A stretch of DNA of 64,000 bases. Origin: Cyanophora paradoxa CCMP329 (taxonomy: Eukaryota; Plantae; Glaucophyta). The position numbers were made by a program, and so were the translations under genes. The notes beneath the pieces are model-generated. The model worked only from the letters and a program-made list of their open reading frames with translations, was not told where the DNA came from and did not search any database. Each line of letters begins with the position of its first letter. Within the stretch, counting starts at the first letter, position 1. Where the stretch lies: NCBI GenBank assembly GCA_004431415.1, contig QPMI01000216.1, positions 12,553 to 76,552 of the forward strand. The letters are read 5' to 3'. This document shows positions 1 through 13,500 of this stretch, piece after piece.

Positions 1-875
1 TCCTCCCCGAGGACGCCAGCGAGCGGCTCGTGGCCGAGGACATCGCCTTTGTCGTTCCCCCGCTTGGTTAGACTCCCTGCCTTATCTATAGCTAGTGATA
101 ACAACACAAGCACAGTTCAATTCTCGATTTTAATCTACCCTGTTCTGACATTCGAATTGCAGAGGCCGCGTCGCTGCCCGGCGAATCGCAGGCGATGGGC
201 GCCGTCCAGAAGCTCCTCGATCGCCTCGGGCCTGGGTACTCGTTCGCCGAGCTCTACGACTTCAGGTTCTCCTCGTGCGTGCTCCGCCGGTAAAACGAGA
301 TACACCTCGGAATCAATGTATTCGAAGGTACCGACCGCGAGACGAGGAGCGCTCGAGATGGGACTACCCATCTCAGGGCGATCACCACGACGCTTGCTGC
401 TACGAGGACTGCTCAAGTTGGTTCAAAATGTGATGGCAAATTAATAATATTGGATTCAACCGGCTATAAATCTAATGTATACGCCTATGAGTGATGCATA
501 ATTGTTTCTGCAGGTATGGCGCTGGGAGACAGCGGCGCACCACGCTGCACGTGTGGCTCACTGCTGGCTCCGAGTTCGAAGGGGGGCACACGGTGTTCGA
601 GGTCCGGATCCGGGGCCGGGGCGCCGGCTTCTGGGCCCGAATCCGATGACCCGGTAATCGAGTTCACGACTTGCTTTCGATCGACGCAGAACCTAGGCCT
701 GAGCGTCAAGGCGGGCATGGGCTCCGTTCTCAAATTCAACAGCCTCCAGAGGGGCTCGCTCCGTTGCGACCCGTACGCCATCCATCGCGACGAGCCCGTG
801 ACGAGCGGCATAAAACTGTGCGTCGACTTCGACGTTGTCTTGCGAGCAACATTCGCATTTATAAACCGTGATTAA
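1..875 (+). CDS. 3' part of a prolyl 4-hydroxylase-like 2OG-Fe(II) dioxygenase (multi-exon, 5' end outside the window)
   Basis: Spliced exons read ...YRPRDEERSRWDYPSQGDHHDAC (HxD) ...RRTTLHVWLTAGSEFEGGHTVFE|NLGLSVKAGMGSVLKFNSLQRGSLRCDPYAIHRDEPVTSGIKLCV (distal His and the 2OG-binding Lys). This matches the P4H pattern GG.TVFP..GLSV.P..G....F...H...PV..G.K. Stop TAA at 873-875. Confidence 0.72.
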
Positions 876-1695
876 CATTGCCCTCGCCGATCGCCGATCG
901 CGAGTCGCAGAATGCTTCAGATCCGGATTTTAGCATCATATGCTTGGATGGAGACCTTGCCTGGTCCGACGGGATACGATGCAGCCTGGGCCCGGAAGCA
1001 TGAAGGAACCGCCGACAGCTGCGGACCGTTGTGTGCCGAATCCCAGTGCCGCTGTGCGGCACTTCTGGCTTTGAAGAATGCTAGCTATAGCAGTGAGGCG
1101 TTTTAGATCGAGATCTGTCGTTTTTTCGAAGACATTGAAGTACGTATACATGTACAATGGTCCGCCGGCGCCCGAGGCATGCGCATGCAAATTGTGCGCA
1201 TGCTTCTCGGCGCGGATCGTGCACGTGCGGCAGCGTGCCATAGCATGAATTAGCTTGCAATTAACTGAGGAATATTGCAAATTCATGCTATCGCGATCGA
1301 TATCGATCATGCTTATGCAAATGCATACGAGGCGGTGATCATGTATGCGCATGACCGTCGGACGCTCGGAGATGATTAATCATGTGAATGATCACCCCTC
1401 ATGAAAATTAAAAAGGTCCGGCTGCAGCTGCGGCCGTTTAAATTTACGTATACGTACGTACTATGTTATACGTATACGCATATACGTATACGCGTTCGCT
1501 ACAATTTGATCTGGCTAGCGCCCGGGGTACAGGCCTAGGGGCCCGCGGCCGTGAGCTGTTCCCGCGCCCCGGCCGCCCCAGCACGCTCGAGCGCGCGATT
1601 CAACCGTACGCGTTGCATGTACGACATCGGCTTCGACATGCGCTCGGCGAGCCCGCAGCGCCGCTCGACTTCGAGAGAAGGAGATCTAGAGCGGC

Positions 1696-4600
1696 ATGGC
1701 CGGCATGAGCTCGAGCACCGGCCGCGGGAGCGCTCCGAACGGGAGGCATATCAAGCTTCGAGTTCGCAGCAGAGCGGCGTGCACGTGTGCGGCCGTGGCC
1801 CGGAGCCACAATCGAGCTCGAGTCGACGTCGCGGCCGCGGCGAAGTCGACGGCCAGCCGCGGGGCGCGGCTCTGAGAAGCCGCAGCCCCGAAAGGAAGCG
1901 CCAGCGAAGATCAAGAAGCAGATCCCCTCGCCGCTCGCCCTCTCGGCGCAGCGGAGCAGACCGCGGTGCGTCCTGTCAAATTGCGCATGCAATTGAGTCG
2001 CCCGCGGCCGCGGCCGCGCGTGCTCGTGCTCGCCGGCGCTTCGCGCGCCCCCTCGCGTCGTGCACGCTGACGCGCGCAGTCCAGATTCGCGAACACGGCG
2101 TGCCAGCATTCCCCGGTCGCGGTCACGCTCTCCTCCGCTCGCACGGCGCCGGCGCTCCCCGTCGCCGCGGCCGGCGCCGCGGCCGGAGCCCCGCGGTGGG
2201 CCGACCGCGCGGCCGCGGTATCAATCGCCGCCAGCGCCCCGAGCGCGCTCTCCGCCGGTGCCCCGCGAGCGCGCGGCATCATCTGGATCCTGCGCCACAT
2301 CTTCTCAACCGGCACCAATGAATCCGGCCTCGGCATATACAGCTGCAGCATCGAGCTCGAATTTCCTCGCAGGCCCCGCGGCAGCGCCTGCGCCCGCCCC
2401 CGCCTCGCCCCCTCCTCTTGCCTCCTCCGGGAGTCGCGATCTCAGTCTCGAAGACTTCCTCTCCACTCTCGACAACGCCGGCGCTTGCGCGACTGTACAT
2501 GTCGGCGACGGTGCGCCCCTATCCTAGCTATAGGCCCCCCCCCCCCCCCCCCCCCCACCCCCCACCCCCCTCAGGGCCTCCCACACACCCCTCCCCCTCC
2601 CTCCCCCCTCCGATCCGCCATCTACCTGCGTTCTCCGGCGCCCTGCATGGCCCTGAAGCCCGCATTTTCCCCTAATTACAAGCGCTGCCTCATGATCAAG
2701 CTTCGAATTCGTTTTCCATGTGCACGCCGTTAACGCTAGCGCTGACGAGCGCGCTTAAGCTTTCTGGGCACGACCCGCAGCGCCGGTGGGCGGCTGGTCT
2801 TCTCCCGTCGGAAGCCCCATCCGCAACGCGGAGGACGGTGCTAATCACGAGCTCCCCGGCAGCTGCAGCTGTCGACGAGGATCTCGAGCTGCTGCGGCTG
2901 TCGACGTCGCCCGTCGGGAGCCCCATCCGCGACCGCGAGCCGGAGGGCGAGGGGGCCAGCTCCAGCGCCCCCGCCCCAGCCACCCCTTCCAAGGTGCGCC
3001 GCGCCTCCGCCGCAGGCTCCCCGGGTCCTGCTCATGAAGCCAACTCCGGATCCGCAGGAGCGGCCGCGGCCGCGGGGCGGGCCCGGGGCGAGCTGCGGGG
3101 CGGCGGGGCCGGGGCCGGCCCTCCGCCGCGCCCTCTCCTTCCCGCCGCGCGAGTGCTGGTGCCCTTCCCCCGCATCCCGCCCCTTCGTTCGGTCTCGGCT
3201 TGAAGCGCCGCCAGGGACTTCAAGCGGGAGGGGCGGTGCCCCTTCGGGGGCGGCTGCCAGTACACGCACGGGGCCGCCGAGTACAGGGCCGTCATCGAGG
3301 TCCGGCCCGCCCCGACGCCGGCCCCGGCAGCTCGCAGCGCGCGCCGCGGGGCCCGTCAGCTGCAACGCTCCGACGCGCCGGCGCCGCGCAGCGCCACCAG
3401 CGGGCGGTCGGCGGGGGCGGGGCGGGGCTGGCGGCGGCCGGGACGGAGTGGACGGAGGGGGAGCGGGGGAGCTCGCGGGGCGCGTGGAGGCGCTCCTCCG
3501 GGCCGCGCTCGCCGAGGGTGCGCGCCCCGCGCCCCTCTCCGATCCTGCGGCCGGCGCCCAGACTCGGGCAGGGCGCGGCTCCCTCGACCTCGCCGAGTTC
3601 CGCGCCCTCGCGCACCCCGTGCGCCCCCGCGCGCGGCCCGCACCGTGATGCGGCGCGAGACCGATTGCGAGGGCCGGCCCGATGCTCGATGGCGCCCCGC
3701 AGGCGTGGCTCCCCGCCGACGTCTTCTTCGCCCCCGTCCCCGCACCCTCGAGCTCCGCCGCCAGGCGGGCCCCGCCCCCTCGCTTGCGAGCTTTAATTTC
3801 TCTTTCGTCGCTTCCCCCTTCATTGAAATCTAGATCTAGATCTTCGGCCCACGCGATCGCGCAGCAAGAAGAGGGGCCTGGCCCTGCGCGGGGCGGCGCT
3901 GGAGGAGGCGGTGCACGCGCGGGTGGACGAGCCGACGGTCGCGGGCGCGCTGGTCTCCCTCCTCCCCCCCTTCGCCGCCCTCGCGTGCGCCCCGGGGCCC
4001 GCGACGCCCCCGGGCCCCTCGGCAGGCCGCGCTCTGGATCTGACGCCGCGCCGCAGGCACTTTGGCGGCATGTTCCGCGTCATTGCCCTCGGGGACCGGC
4101 CGCGGGACTCGACCCTGCCGGCACCGAATTCGCAATCGAAGGGCTGCGGCGGGCGGCGTGGGCAGGACGGGGGGTCGGAGGCGTCAGCGGCGGCCCGCGT
4201 GCCGGCGACGGTGCGGAAAGAGCGGGCGGAGGCGAAAGGATCCGAGTGCGCGAGCGCGAGCGCGAAGCCGCCGAAGCGCAGCGTCGATGAGCTGCTCAAG
4301 TGGGCCGAGGCCGAGCTGGAGGGCGCCCGGCGCGCTCGCGCCGCCGCCGCCGCCGCCGCCTCCTTCGCCGCCGCTGCCGCCACCGGCGCCGCGCCCAGCG
4401 CTAGCGTGCCGGCGCCTGGCCATGGGCCTGGAGCGCCACCGCCCGCTCCGTACCAGCCATCATCGGCTTCCTCAGAGGTCCTCCCCTGGCCCCCTCCCCC
4501 TCCCCACTACCCCTCCCATCCCTTCCCCCCTCCCTTCCCCCCGGCCCCCCCTTTGATCTTGTCGCCCGCCGGCCTCCGGATCCTCTTGTAACCCTCTCGC

Positions 4601-6103
4601 AGGGCGCCTTCATCTCTGCCGCGCCTCGCGAACGCGGCAGGGACGCCGTCACCTCTGCGCCCGCACCCAAGATCGATGGCGCCGCTCCAGGCGCCACCCA
4701 TGCGCATGCGCAGGCCCGCCCACGACCGCCCTTCTCCCGCCCCCAAGATCGCATCCCCCGATCACCCCCCGCTCCAGGCGCCGCCCATGCGCACGCGCAG
4801 GCCCGCCCACGCCCGCCCTTCTCCCGCCCCCATCTCCAATGCGCCTCACAGTGCGGCAGGGCGGCCGCGGTGCGGCCGCGGGCTACGGCCTGCTTCACGC
4901 CCGCTGGGGCCCCCCTTTCCACGACCGCGGCACCATGCAGAGCCACCTCCTGCAGGTGTGATTTTTTCTATAAAACATTGTTCTATTAAACATTCTTTAT
5001 AATTATCTATGCTATATATCGATCCGATTGAAGAAAAACGTTGACGTACAAAACGTTGAAGGACCTAAGAAAACGTTGGACGTGCATCACTTCAGACTGG
5101 ATAAGAGATGCGCGCCTCTGACCGCGGCGCATGCAGGCGGTGGCGCTGCTGGCGCCGGGGCCGCGGGGGGCGCTCCTCTCGCTCTACTTCGAGTCGGGGG
5201 GGCCCTCCCCCGAGGCCGGCCTGCTCGCCGGCGCCGCCTGCCTCGTCTTCCGCACCCCGGCCCACGTGCGCCCCGCACCGCCCCGCTCGCCCCCGCAGCC
5301 GCCTCCCCTTTCAAAGCTTTCCTATAGCCTTCAGGTTTCACGCCCGCCGCGGCCGGTACTGACGGCGACGCGCCTGGCAGGCCGAGGCGGCCCTTGCGGC
5401 GTGCGGGGGGCGCGTCCCGCATGATTTCTGGGCGGGACGGGCGGCGCAGGCGGCGCTCAAGAGCGCCCCCGGGGCGCCAGCGGGGTTCGAATTCGGCGGC
5501 GGGAGCGTCGTCCTCTCCGCTCGCGTGCGCCCCGCGCGAGAGGGGCTGGGCGCGCCCCGCCGAGGCCCGGCGCTGAGGCGCCCCGGGGACAGGACTCGGG
5601 CTGGCGCACCGTTCTCGACGCACGGACCCAGACGCACTACCGGTGCACCGCCCACCCGGCCCGCTTTTGCGATCGCGCTCGCGCTCGCCCCGCGGCCGCT
5701 CACGCCCGATCGACCCCGGGCCCGGCCCGCAGCTACAACAGGCGGGACGGGCGGGCCTACTGGTGGCCCCCCGGCGACTCCGGGGCGGGGTACAGCGACG
5801 AGATGGACGAGCGACTCGCGGCCGCCGCGGCGTCGGGCCCGGGGCCCCGCGATCGCGAGCTCGCCCCGCCGGCGGGGCCCCTCCGCCCCGGGCCCGCCCC
5901 CCCCGCTGCTCCGGCGCCGTGATCGATATCGACGCCGACGCCGGGCGCGCGGCGCGGCCCCTCGCGACCATCCGGGGCCCCCGGCCCCGGCCTTGAATTG
6001 GCCTCCCGCCTCCTCATCGGCCCGAGATCGGCGCCTCGCACCGGCTCCGTGCCGGCGCCCTCCTCTACAGCTGGACCTCGGGCCCTTCCCTGCCGAGACG
6101 TAG
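1696..6103 (+). CDS. Hypothetical multi-exon protein with an R/S/P-rich N-terminus; may be more than one gene; boundaries approximate
   Basis: Coding-like segments flanked by GT/GC-AG sites (DLSLEDFLSTLDNAG, VDEDLELLRLS, RVEALLRAALAEG, SVDELLKWAEAELEG, ALLSLYFESGG). No family recognised. Confidence 0.3.
4683..4832 (+). repeat. Two direct copies of a ~62-bp unit
   Basis: gctccaggcgcc(a/g)cccatgcgca(t/c)gcgcaggcccgcccacg..cgcccttctcccgccccca at ~4683 and ~4770. Confidence 0.8.
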
Positions 6104-6640
6104 GCCCCGATCTAGAGCTACCTCCAGCTCGTTCTCGCCCCGCCCCTCCCTCCCACGCCCTTCGTCGCTGAGGTCCGTCCTCGAGATCTAATATTAATTG
6201 TGGCATGATTATAATTGGCTGGAGTGGAGAAGGGGATGAGAGACGAGGCGGGCAGCGGCCGGGCGGCCCGAGGGCGGGGTCGAGGGACTGGGAAGGGGCG
6301 ATCGCGGTGCCGGCTGGCGGGGCTGGACCGCGAGTCGCGGAACTCGAAGCTCGAGGGGGGGCGGAGGGCCGGCAGCTAAGAAGCGGGCGGGCGAGGGGGC
6401 GGCGTGGGCGAAGGGGGAGGCAAGGGGGAGGGAGGCGAGAAAGAGGGGTTCTCGAAATCGTTTCATGGCAGGAGAGGCTAAATTGAAAGGGCATAGCAGG
6501 GAAAGACGCGGGCATGCGGACCATGCAGGGCGCCGGAGGACGCAGGTAGATGGTGGAGGGGGTAGGGAAGGGGAGGAGGGGCCGGGTGGGAGCCGGAGGG
6601 GGGGGGGGGGGGGGGGGGGGCGGGGGGGGGGGGGCGGGGG

Positions 6641-7562
6641 CTATCGCTTCTTGCGGCCCTTGCCGCGCTTGTCCCGCGCCGCATCTCCACTACCCCCTCC
6701 CGGCTCTGCTGCCGCGTCCTCCGCTGCCGCCGGCGGCGGCGGCTCCGCGGGCTCCTTCCCGCCCCCTGCGCCGCCAGACGCAGCGGCGCTCACCACGGAT
6801 GGCGCCTCCGCAGCCGCCTCCGACGCCTCTTCCGCCCCCGCGTCGCTGGTGGCGCTGGCCAGCGCCGGCGCTGGCGGCCGCGGCCGCTCCGCCTCGCCCT
6901 CCTCGTCCTCGTGCGCCGGGAATCGCTCCGGGTACTTCACTGCCAGGCGCGCCCTGATGCTCCTGCGATGCGCGCCCGCGCGGGGCCCGCGGATGAGACG
7001 TGGGCGAGTTGCAGAGCGGCGGCAAAGGATGCAACAATGCGGGCCGGGCGTTGACAGGCGCATGCGCACCGGATCTTCTCGAAGACGTACGCCAGGTCGG
7101 TCTTGAGCTCGCGCAGCGTGCGCGTGTACCGCTCGAGCCTGCAGCAGCGGCGCATGAGCGCGCGCGCGCGAGGCTAGGGAGAGCTCAATGCCAGACGCTC
7201 GGCCGGCCGGCGGCGGGCAAGCGCACCGTGGCTGAGAGGCCGCGTACTGCGCTGCATTCTGAGCATTCAGCTCCGCGAGCTTCGCGTTGAGCTCCTGGAA
7301 CTTGTGCACCCTGCGGCCGCGTTGCGCCTCAGCGCGCCTTTTCGAGCGCCGCGTCCCGGTCGCTTCGCGCTCGGACGCACGTCTTTGCCTGCATGCCGCG
7401 CGTCGCCCGGAGCTCCTCCGCGTCGACGAGGGAGGCGACGCTTCGAACGAAGGCCGCCGCAGCGTCCGCCGGGGCAGGCGGCTCGAGAGCAGCGCCGACG
7501 CTGCCGCGTGGCACTTGCGGCGCCGCGTGCGACGCCGCGGCCGCCTGCGAAGCCACCTGCAT
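6641..7562 (-). CDS. KXD1: KxDL motif-containing protein (BORC/BLOC-1 associated)
   Basis: Spliced product contains AFVRSVASLVDAEEL...LERYTRTLRELKTDLAYVFEKIR|SIRARLAVKYPERF, i.e. the KxDL signature followed by the typical ..IR.I...L...YP..F tail. Stop TAG at 6641-6643. Confidence 0.8.
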
Positions 7563-7910
7563 CGCTGGGGCCCTGTACCCCAGCCCGCCGATCCAAAGCG
7601 CTGCGGCGGACAGCGGAGCGGCCGCTCGGCGAAATCTGCATGCGCATGCGCCCAGAGAGGAATTGATTGCCGCGTTCTAGACCGCCGCGGCAATCCCGAT
7701 CGATCAATACCTGGCGATCTCTCCCGGCTGCAGCGCCCGTGGAGGCGCAATACGGCCTTTCCATCCCGCGGACAGCCTAATCGCGCCGCAGAGCGTCCAG
7801 CAGCCGCTCAGCGGAGCCACCAGCGCTCAGAGCGAAGCGCGGACGCCGCTTCGTCAACCGCGCGCTGGCGGCCGGGCCGCGGTCGTACCTATAGCTAGAA
7901 GCCCTTCAGG

Positions 7911-9956
7911 ATGTTCGCTCTGCAGCGGCCGACGTGCGCGTGCGCGCGGATCGACTGGGGCGTGGCCGGCGTCGGCCAGGTCAACTCGCTCCTGCTCGCC
8001 CTCTCCGGCTGCGCGGCCGGATTCGTCACAGCGAGAGGCTTCCGGTGCGCTTTACAGCCCTTGCCAGCCCCGCGCTTCCTGACTCCCGCGCCGCGCGCGC
8101 GCCCGAGCGCAGGGTCCCGAACTACTCTGCGGCGTCGATCTACCTCTGCCTCTCGCTCTACGCGCTCTACTTCATACGCGTGCGGCGGCGCGCGGGCGGG
8201 CGGTTCCGCCTGGAGGCGCCCCTCCCCGCCTACCTCTGCCTCGCCTTCGTGGACGCCGTGCGCGCCCCCGCTCCGCTAAGAGCTCAAGGCGCCGCTCGAA
8301 CCGCGCGCGCGGGCGCGCAGGAGGCGAACTTCCTCCTCGTGAAGTCGCTCCAGCTGACGAGCTTCGCCTCCGTCATGGTCATCGACTGCGCCACCGTACC
8401 CTGGACCATGCTCCTCTCCCGCCTCTTCCTCAAGGCCAAGTACCGCCCGGTACCCCCCTCCCGCCTCGCCCCCCTTCCTCGAGCAGAATCCCATATCCCC
8501 TCCTCCGAAGCTCCACATCGCCGGCGCCGCCACCTCGTTCGTGGGGATCGTCCTCCTGGTCCGCGTACCCCCGCCCAATCTTCCGCCCGAAGGCTCGAAA
8601 GTAGTACCCCGCAGGTGCTGGCGGATTTGAGGGACCCCTCCTCGGCCGCGGCGCCGCACCCCCTCCTGGGGGACCTCCTCTCCGTTGTCTCCTCCTTCCT
8701 CTTCGCCGTGCGTTCCTGTACCCCCCTTTCCAAAAAGCCGTGCCTCGCCGACGCCGCCTCTGCATTGCGCAGGTCAGCAGCGTTCTGCAGGTGCGCTGCG
8801 CTCGCCCGTACCCCTCACACTCGGGCTGAGGGGGGGGTACCGCAGGAGGCGCTGTGCTCGAGGAGCCCCCTGGGGGGCCGGCGGAGGGCCCCGCTGCCCG
8901 TCGCGCCCCCTGCGGGGTCGGCGCAGCGCGGGGTTGCACGCGACGGCCTCGCCGAGCGATCCAAGGGCGGCATATTCGTACCCCGCAACCCGGCGCCCGT
9001 CCAGGTGCCCCCGAACGTATTCATGTACCCCCCCCGGACGCGATTCCTCCCCCAGGCGGAGTTCGGCGACGCGGGCGGAGCGTGGTACCCCTCCATCGAG
9101 TACCTCGCGATGCGCGTCTCCCGTACCCCCGGGCCCCTCTCCTCTACCCCCCTGAGGGCCCGCCTCCAGGCTCGGGGCCATTGGGTCGGCCATCGCGGCG
9201 GCCCAGGCGGCCCTCTCGGGGGAGACGGGCGACCTCCTGCGGCTCGGCTCCGACACCGCCGCCCTCGGGTGCCCCTCCCCGGCCCCGCCCCGCCCGCCCG
9301 GCCTGGCTGAGCAGGCGGGCAGGGGCCTCCTGGCCTACGCCCTCTGCCTCGGCGTCGCGTACAGTGTCGGCTGCTTCGTGCGCCCCGCCCCGCAGCCGGC
9401 GCCGAGCGGTTCGCGCCGCACCGCTCACGTACCCCCTCCCCCAGATGGTCGTCCGCTCCTCGGCCGCCTTCCTCACCCTCTCCTTCCTCAGTCCGCGTAC
9501 CCCCTCCTTCCCGTATCTCTTTTGAGCCCCCCGGCAGCCTCCGACATATACTCGGTCATCGCCGGCGCCGTCTTCTTCGGCAACCGGTACCCCCCCCCCC
9601 GGATGAAATAAACCCCGTACCCATATCTAAATTTCTCCGTACCCCAGATTCTCCCCCCTCTACATCTTCTCTCTCGCCATCACGCTCAGCGGTGCGACTC
9701 GCACTGAACAGATCGCGCACTCCGCTCTCCTGATGCGCTACCCCGTACCCCCGCAGGCCTGGTGATCTTCCTGCTGCCGTCGGCGGGGCCGCCGGGGGCG
9801 GAGGCGGGCGGCGGGGCGGAGTACTCGGCCCTGGAGGAGGGGGGCGGGGGAGGCGAGGAGGAGGACCCCTGGGGCGAGGACGGGGCGGCCGGGGCGGCGG
9901 AGCAGCTGCAGGGAATGGCCCCACAAAGGAACCCCCCTCTGCCCCCGCAGACATAG
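7911..9956 (+). CDS. SLC35F1/F2-like (DUF914) DMT-superfamily transporter, multi-exon
   Basis: GQVNSLLLALSG, YLCLAFVDA|EANFLLVKSLQLTSFASVMVIDCATVPWTMLLSRLFLKAKYR, PLLGDLLSVVSSFLFA, SSAAFLTLSFL..SDIYSVIAG. Multiple TM segments. Stop at 9954-9956. Confidence 0.85.
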
Positions 9957-10567
9957 ATAGCTATATAGGCTCAACTTCGAGCCTTGTAGCGGTGCTATCT
10001 TGCACCGCATGCACATGCATGGCAAGGGGCTTGCACATCGATCATAATCGCTTCTGGAGCTTGATCTAGCCTTGTAGACGCGTACACTCGATCACTGGCC
10101 CAGTGGAGTCCACGCATGCCTTTGTAGTTGCGGTCTCAATCAATTAGTCACAAGCACTGAATCAATTCAAGAATTCTTCAAGAAAGGGTCATAACAAGCG
10201 AGTCCCTGCGGAGCAGGAGTGGCCTTGGATCTTGGGGCTTCGAGTACTTCAAGGCGTGAGGGTAGCTGCTCTTTGCTCTTTGTGGTGGAGGGGGGGGGGG
10301 GGGGGGGGGGGGGGGCACTCGCCAAGGGTACACACTCGAGTGAGAGGGTACGAATTGTACATGTGTCGATGCTTTTCGACGTGTTAAAACCGCCTCGATC
10401 GGCCATCGTTCTCCCCAGGGTTCCGCAGGTCCAGACCTAAGGGCCTCTCCTTTCCCCAAGTCCGATCACAATATATAACATATATACCATGCCATGATGA
10501 TCGATGCCAAAAACTACAAACTATCGAGATCAATCTCTCATGATCATGATCATGATCAGCTCTTAAA

Positions 10568-13500
10568 CTAAAGTGCGGTGCGAGGCGTGCCGGCGGCGCT
10601 GGCGGGCGAGGCGTCGGGCCCGCGCGCCACGGCCAGCGCGCGAGCACGGAGAATCTGGTCGAGGAGGCGGCGGCCCTGCGCACGGCACGCGCGCGAGCCC
10701 CGCCCATGGTCAGCTGCACGCTCTCGCCGGCACGGGCTCGGGCCCGCACCTCCACGGCGGCTCCCTGCTCCTTGCTCTGCGCGAAAGCGGGGGCCGCGCG
10801 GCGGAGCCTCTCCCACGACTCGAGGGCGGCGCGGGCGCACATCTCCGCCTGCGCGGCGGGAAGGTTGGCGCGCGTAGAGGACGGAAGTCTTCTGAAAGGT
10901 GGGAAGAGCAAGACACCTGCGCATACTGGCGGCTCTCGAGAAAGCGGCGCGCATCACGCTGCTCGCTCATCCCCTCGGTGTACAACATGGTTCGCTTCAC
11001 GTAAGCGACCTGGCGCGAGAACGGTTAAAAACCCCACGTGCACAAGCTATGCACTTTAATCGGATGGCAGAGCAAGGGACCCGGACCTGCACGGCCAGGC
11101 AGGAGTTTGCAGGATCGAGTTCGAGGGCGCGCTCGACAGCGTCCAGAGCCTCGTAGCAATTTGCGTTCGCATAAAAGTGCCACACCTGTTTGGTGAACTT
11201 GGCGACACCAAGCGCCCAATGCGCCTGAAAATCGAGTTAATGATGTAGTTGGTCGATCAGGCAAGGCAACGTATATAGCTTCGATTGAATTCGCACCTTC
11301 GCGCTTTCCTTGCTTGCGCCCAGCCCCGCGAGCTGCCAGTGGCGGATGGCCCGGTGAGCTTGTTCCTCGGCCTTCTCGAGCTGCCTCTCCGCAGCCAGCT
11401 GAAGGGCCGAGTTCTGGCTCTCGACGGCGAGCGCGGCCTTGCCGATGTCCGGGTTCGACCTGGTCTCCACTTCCCTCTGCAGCCTCGCGCGAAGCTCGGG
11501 ATCCGCGACACCGGGATCCCTCGTTGCCGACGCGATCAGCTGGGCCCGCTTCGCGGCCTGCAGGGCCAGCTCGATGCGGCCGACGGCGTCGAGGGCCCTC
11601 GCAAGCGTGACCCAGCACTGACGCCGAGAGTCAAGAGGGATAGCAGGGGAGAAGACGGTATTCGCTCACTCGGGCCGCGAAGGAAGGCGCGGCGCTTGCG
11701 GCGCGTGCGAAATCCACCGCCACGCGCGCCCAGCCGACGGCACTGCTAGGCTGGACAGTCCGCAGAGCGAACTCGGAGGCTGCCCGAGCGTGCTGTGCTG
11801 CCTGTTTGAGCCAGGACGGGCTGCGCGCCAGCGACCCGCTTGCGAATGCAACGTACAGTGACGTGGCCACCAGTCTGTGCTCATCATAAGCACTCGACAC
11901 GTCGATCTCGCCAGCAGCAGCTGCTGCATCAGGAGGACGCTCCATATCGAACGAGATGCGTCCCTGCAGAGCCTCGATGGAGTTCCACAGCCTCGGTTCT
12001 CGTCCGTCGTACGCGCCAAAGTGGCTGAGTGGATCCTCGGCCCTCGCGATCCGGAGCTCGTCTTCTGCGCGCTCGCGCCGGCTGCGGATCTTCCTCAAGG
12101 CCTTCGAATACAAACACCTCGCCTGATTGTTTGTGCCAATCGCAATCGATATCAGTGCGAATCACGAGACATTATTATGCATGCATGATCTTGAGTACCT
12201 TCGCGATCTTTTGGGCGAGCGAATATTCGGAGCACACTTGACGAAAATCGAGCTCCCTCCACAGCTGAACAGCACGCTCCGAAATGCGTGCCGCGCTATC
12301 CCAGCACTTGTCGGACAGGCAGGCAGCGGCTGCGGCGAGATGCACTTCGCCCGTATTCGTGAGAAACTCGGCCGCGGCAAGGCTCGAGCTCAATGGCCGA
12401 TCTGGGCGATCGTTGACGATTGCGGCTTTCCAGAATGTGAGCGCAGAATCTTGGAGACTTGTAGAATCGGGCGTGTAACTTCTGCTGGAGATTCGCTCGC
12501 GAACCGCCCGAGCCGCATTGTTCGTTTGCCACTGACCCTCGGCCAACTGTGCAACCAATGCGGGTGCGGCCGAGTTAACGTTGCTTGGGTCGAGAATCAC
12601 TGCGTGAGTGGCGCAGAGCATTGCCTCTGTAAATCTTCCTTGAGACTTGAGCGCCAGCGCCAGTTGGCAGTGAGACTCCGCCCGAAACTGCAAAAGCCAA
12701 GTTCGCATCAGTAATTTTTATAATAATCAACTAAAGTTTAAGGTGCAGGACATGTACTCACTCTGACTGTTGGAACCGCATGATCAGTGCAGTAATCCAT
12801 TGCTTCGATTGCCAGCCGCGCAAAATGCTCGACCCTCGACCAGTTCTCTTCGAATTCGAATTCTGAATTGGATGCGCGCATCCAGAGGCAAGCTTGCAGG
12901 AACTTGCTGTTTGAGAATGCCGCAGGGTCGATCTCTTCCTCGGACGACAGCACAGCAAGACTCGCAGCGGCGGCATCATAGAAGTCGGCCCTCGCAGAGA
13001 CTGGAAGATGAGGAGGATGAACCCTTCCGAAGTGCTGAGCGATTAAGCTCATAGCGGCCACCCGTCGACTGAGGCTCTGAGAGGAATTTGGCCTGCAAAC
13101 GTAACGGGCGCTGCTGACTGTCTGGAGCAGAAGATCGGCTGCGGAGCTGCTGCGAAGAAAGCTGGCGCTGTCCCCAAGCGTGTGCAGCACTTCATCGACA
13201 CGATTTTGCCGGAACAACGCTTCTGCAAGAATGAGAGATGCCTGGTGAGGCAAGTGTCAATGTTTTTCGACCATACTCCATCGCGAGCGCGAGGACTGCG
13301 CGAACCGCACCTCGTCTGCGTCGAGAATGTGACTGTCTCTCGCGCTCGGGTCTCGCTCAAAGAGCGCGCGCCAGCCGTCCGCAGCGGCTCGCGCCTGGCG
13401 CACGGCGTAACCCAAGTGGCCTTGGCCGAGAGCCCGCCACGCCAACTGCTGCGCCAGCTGGACGCCCGAGAGGAGCTCCGCCTGCGGATCCTGTGCAGCA

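Noticed and set aside
10289-10315. Long poly-G/poly-C runs (also ~2534, 6598, 24916, 32641, 58687) as functional G-quadruplexes
   Set aside because: Common throughout this sequence, homopolymer lengths are unreliable, and nothing specific supports a function.
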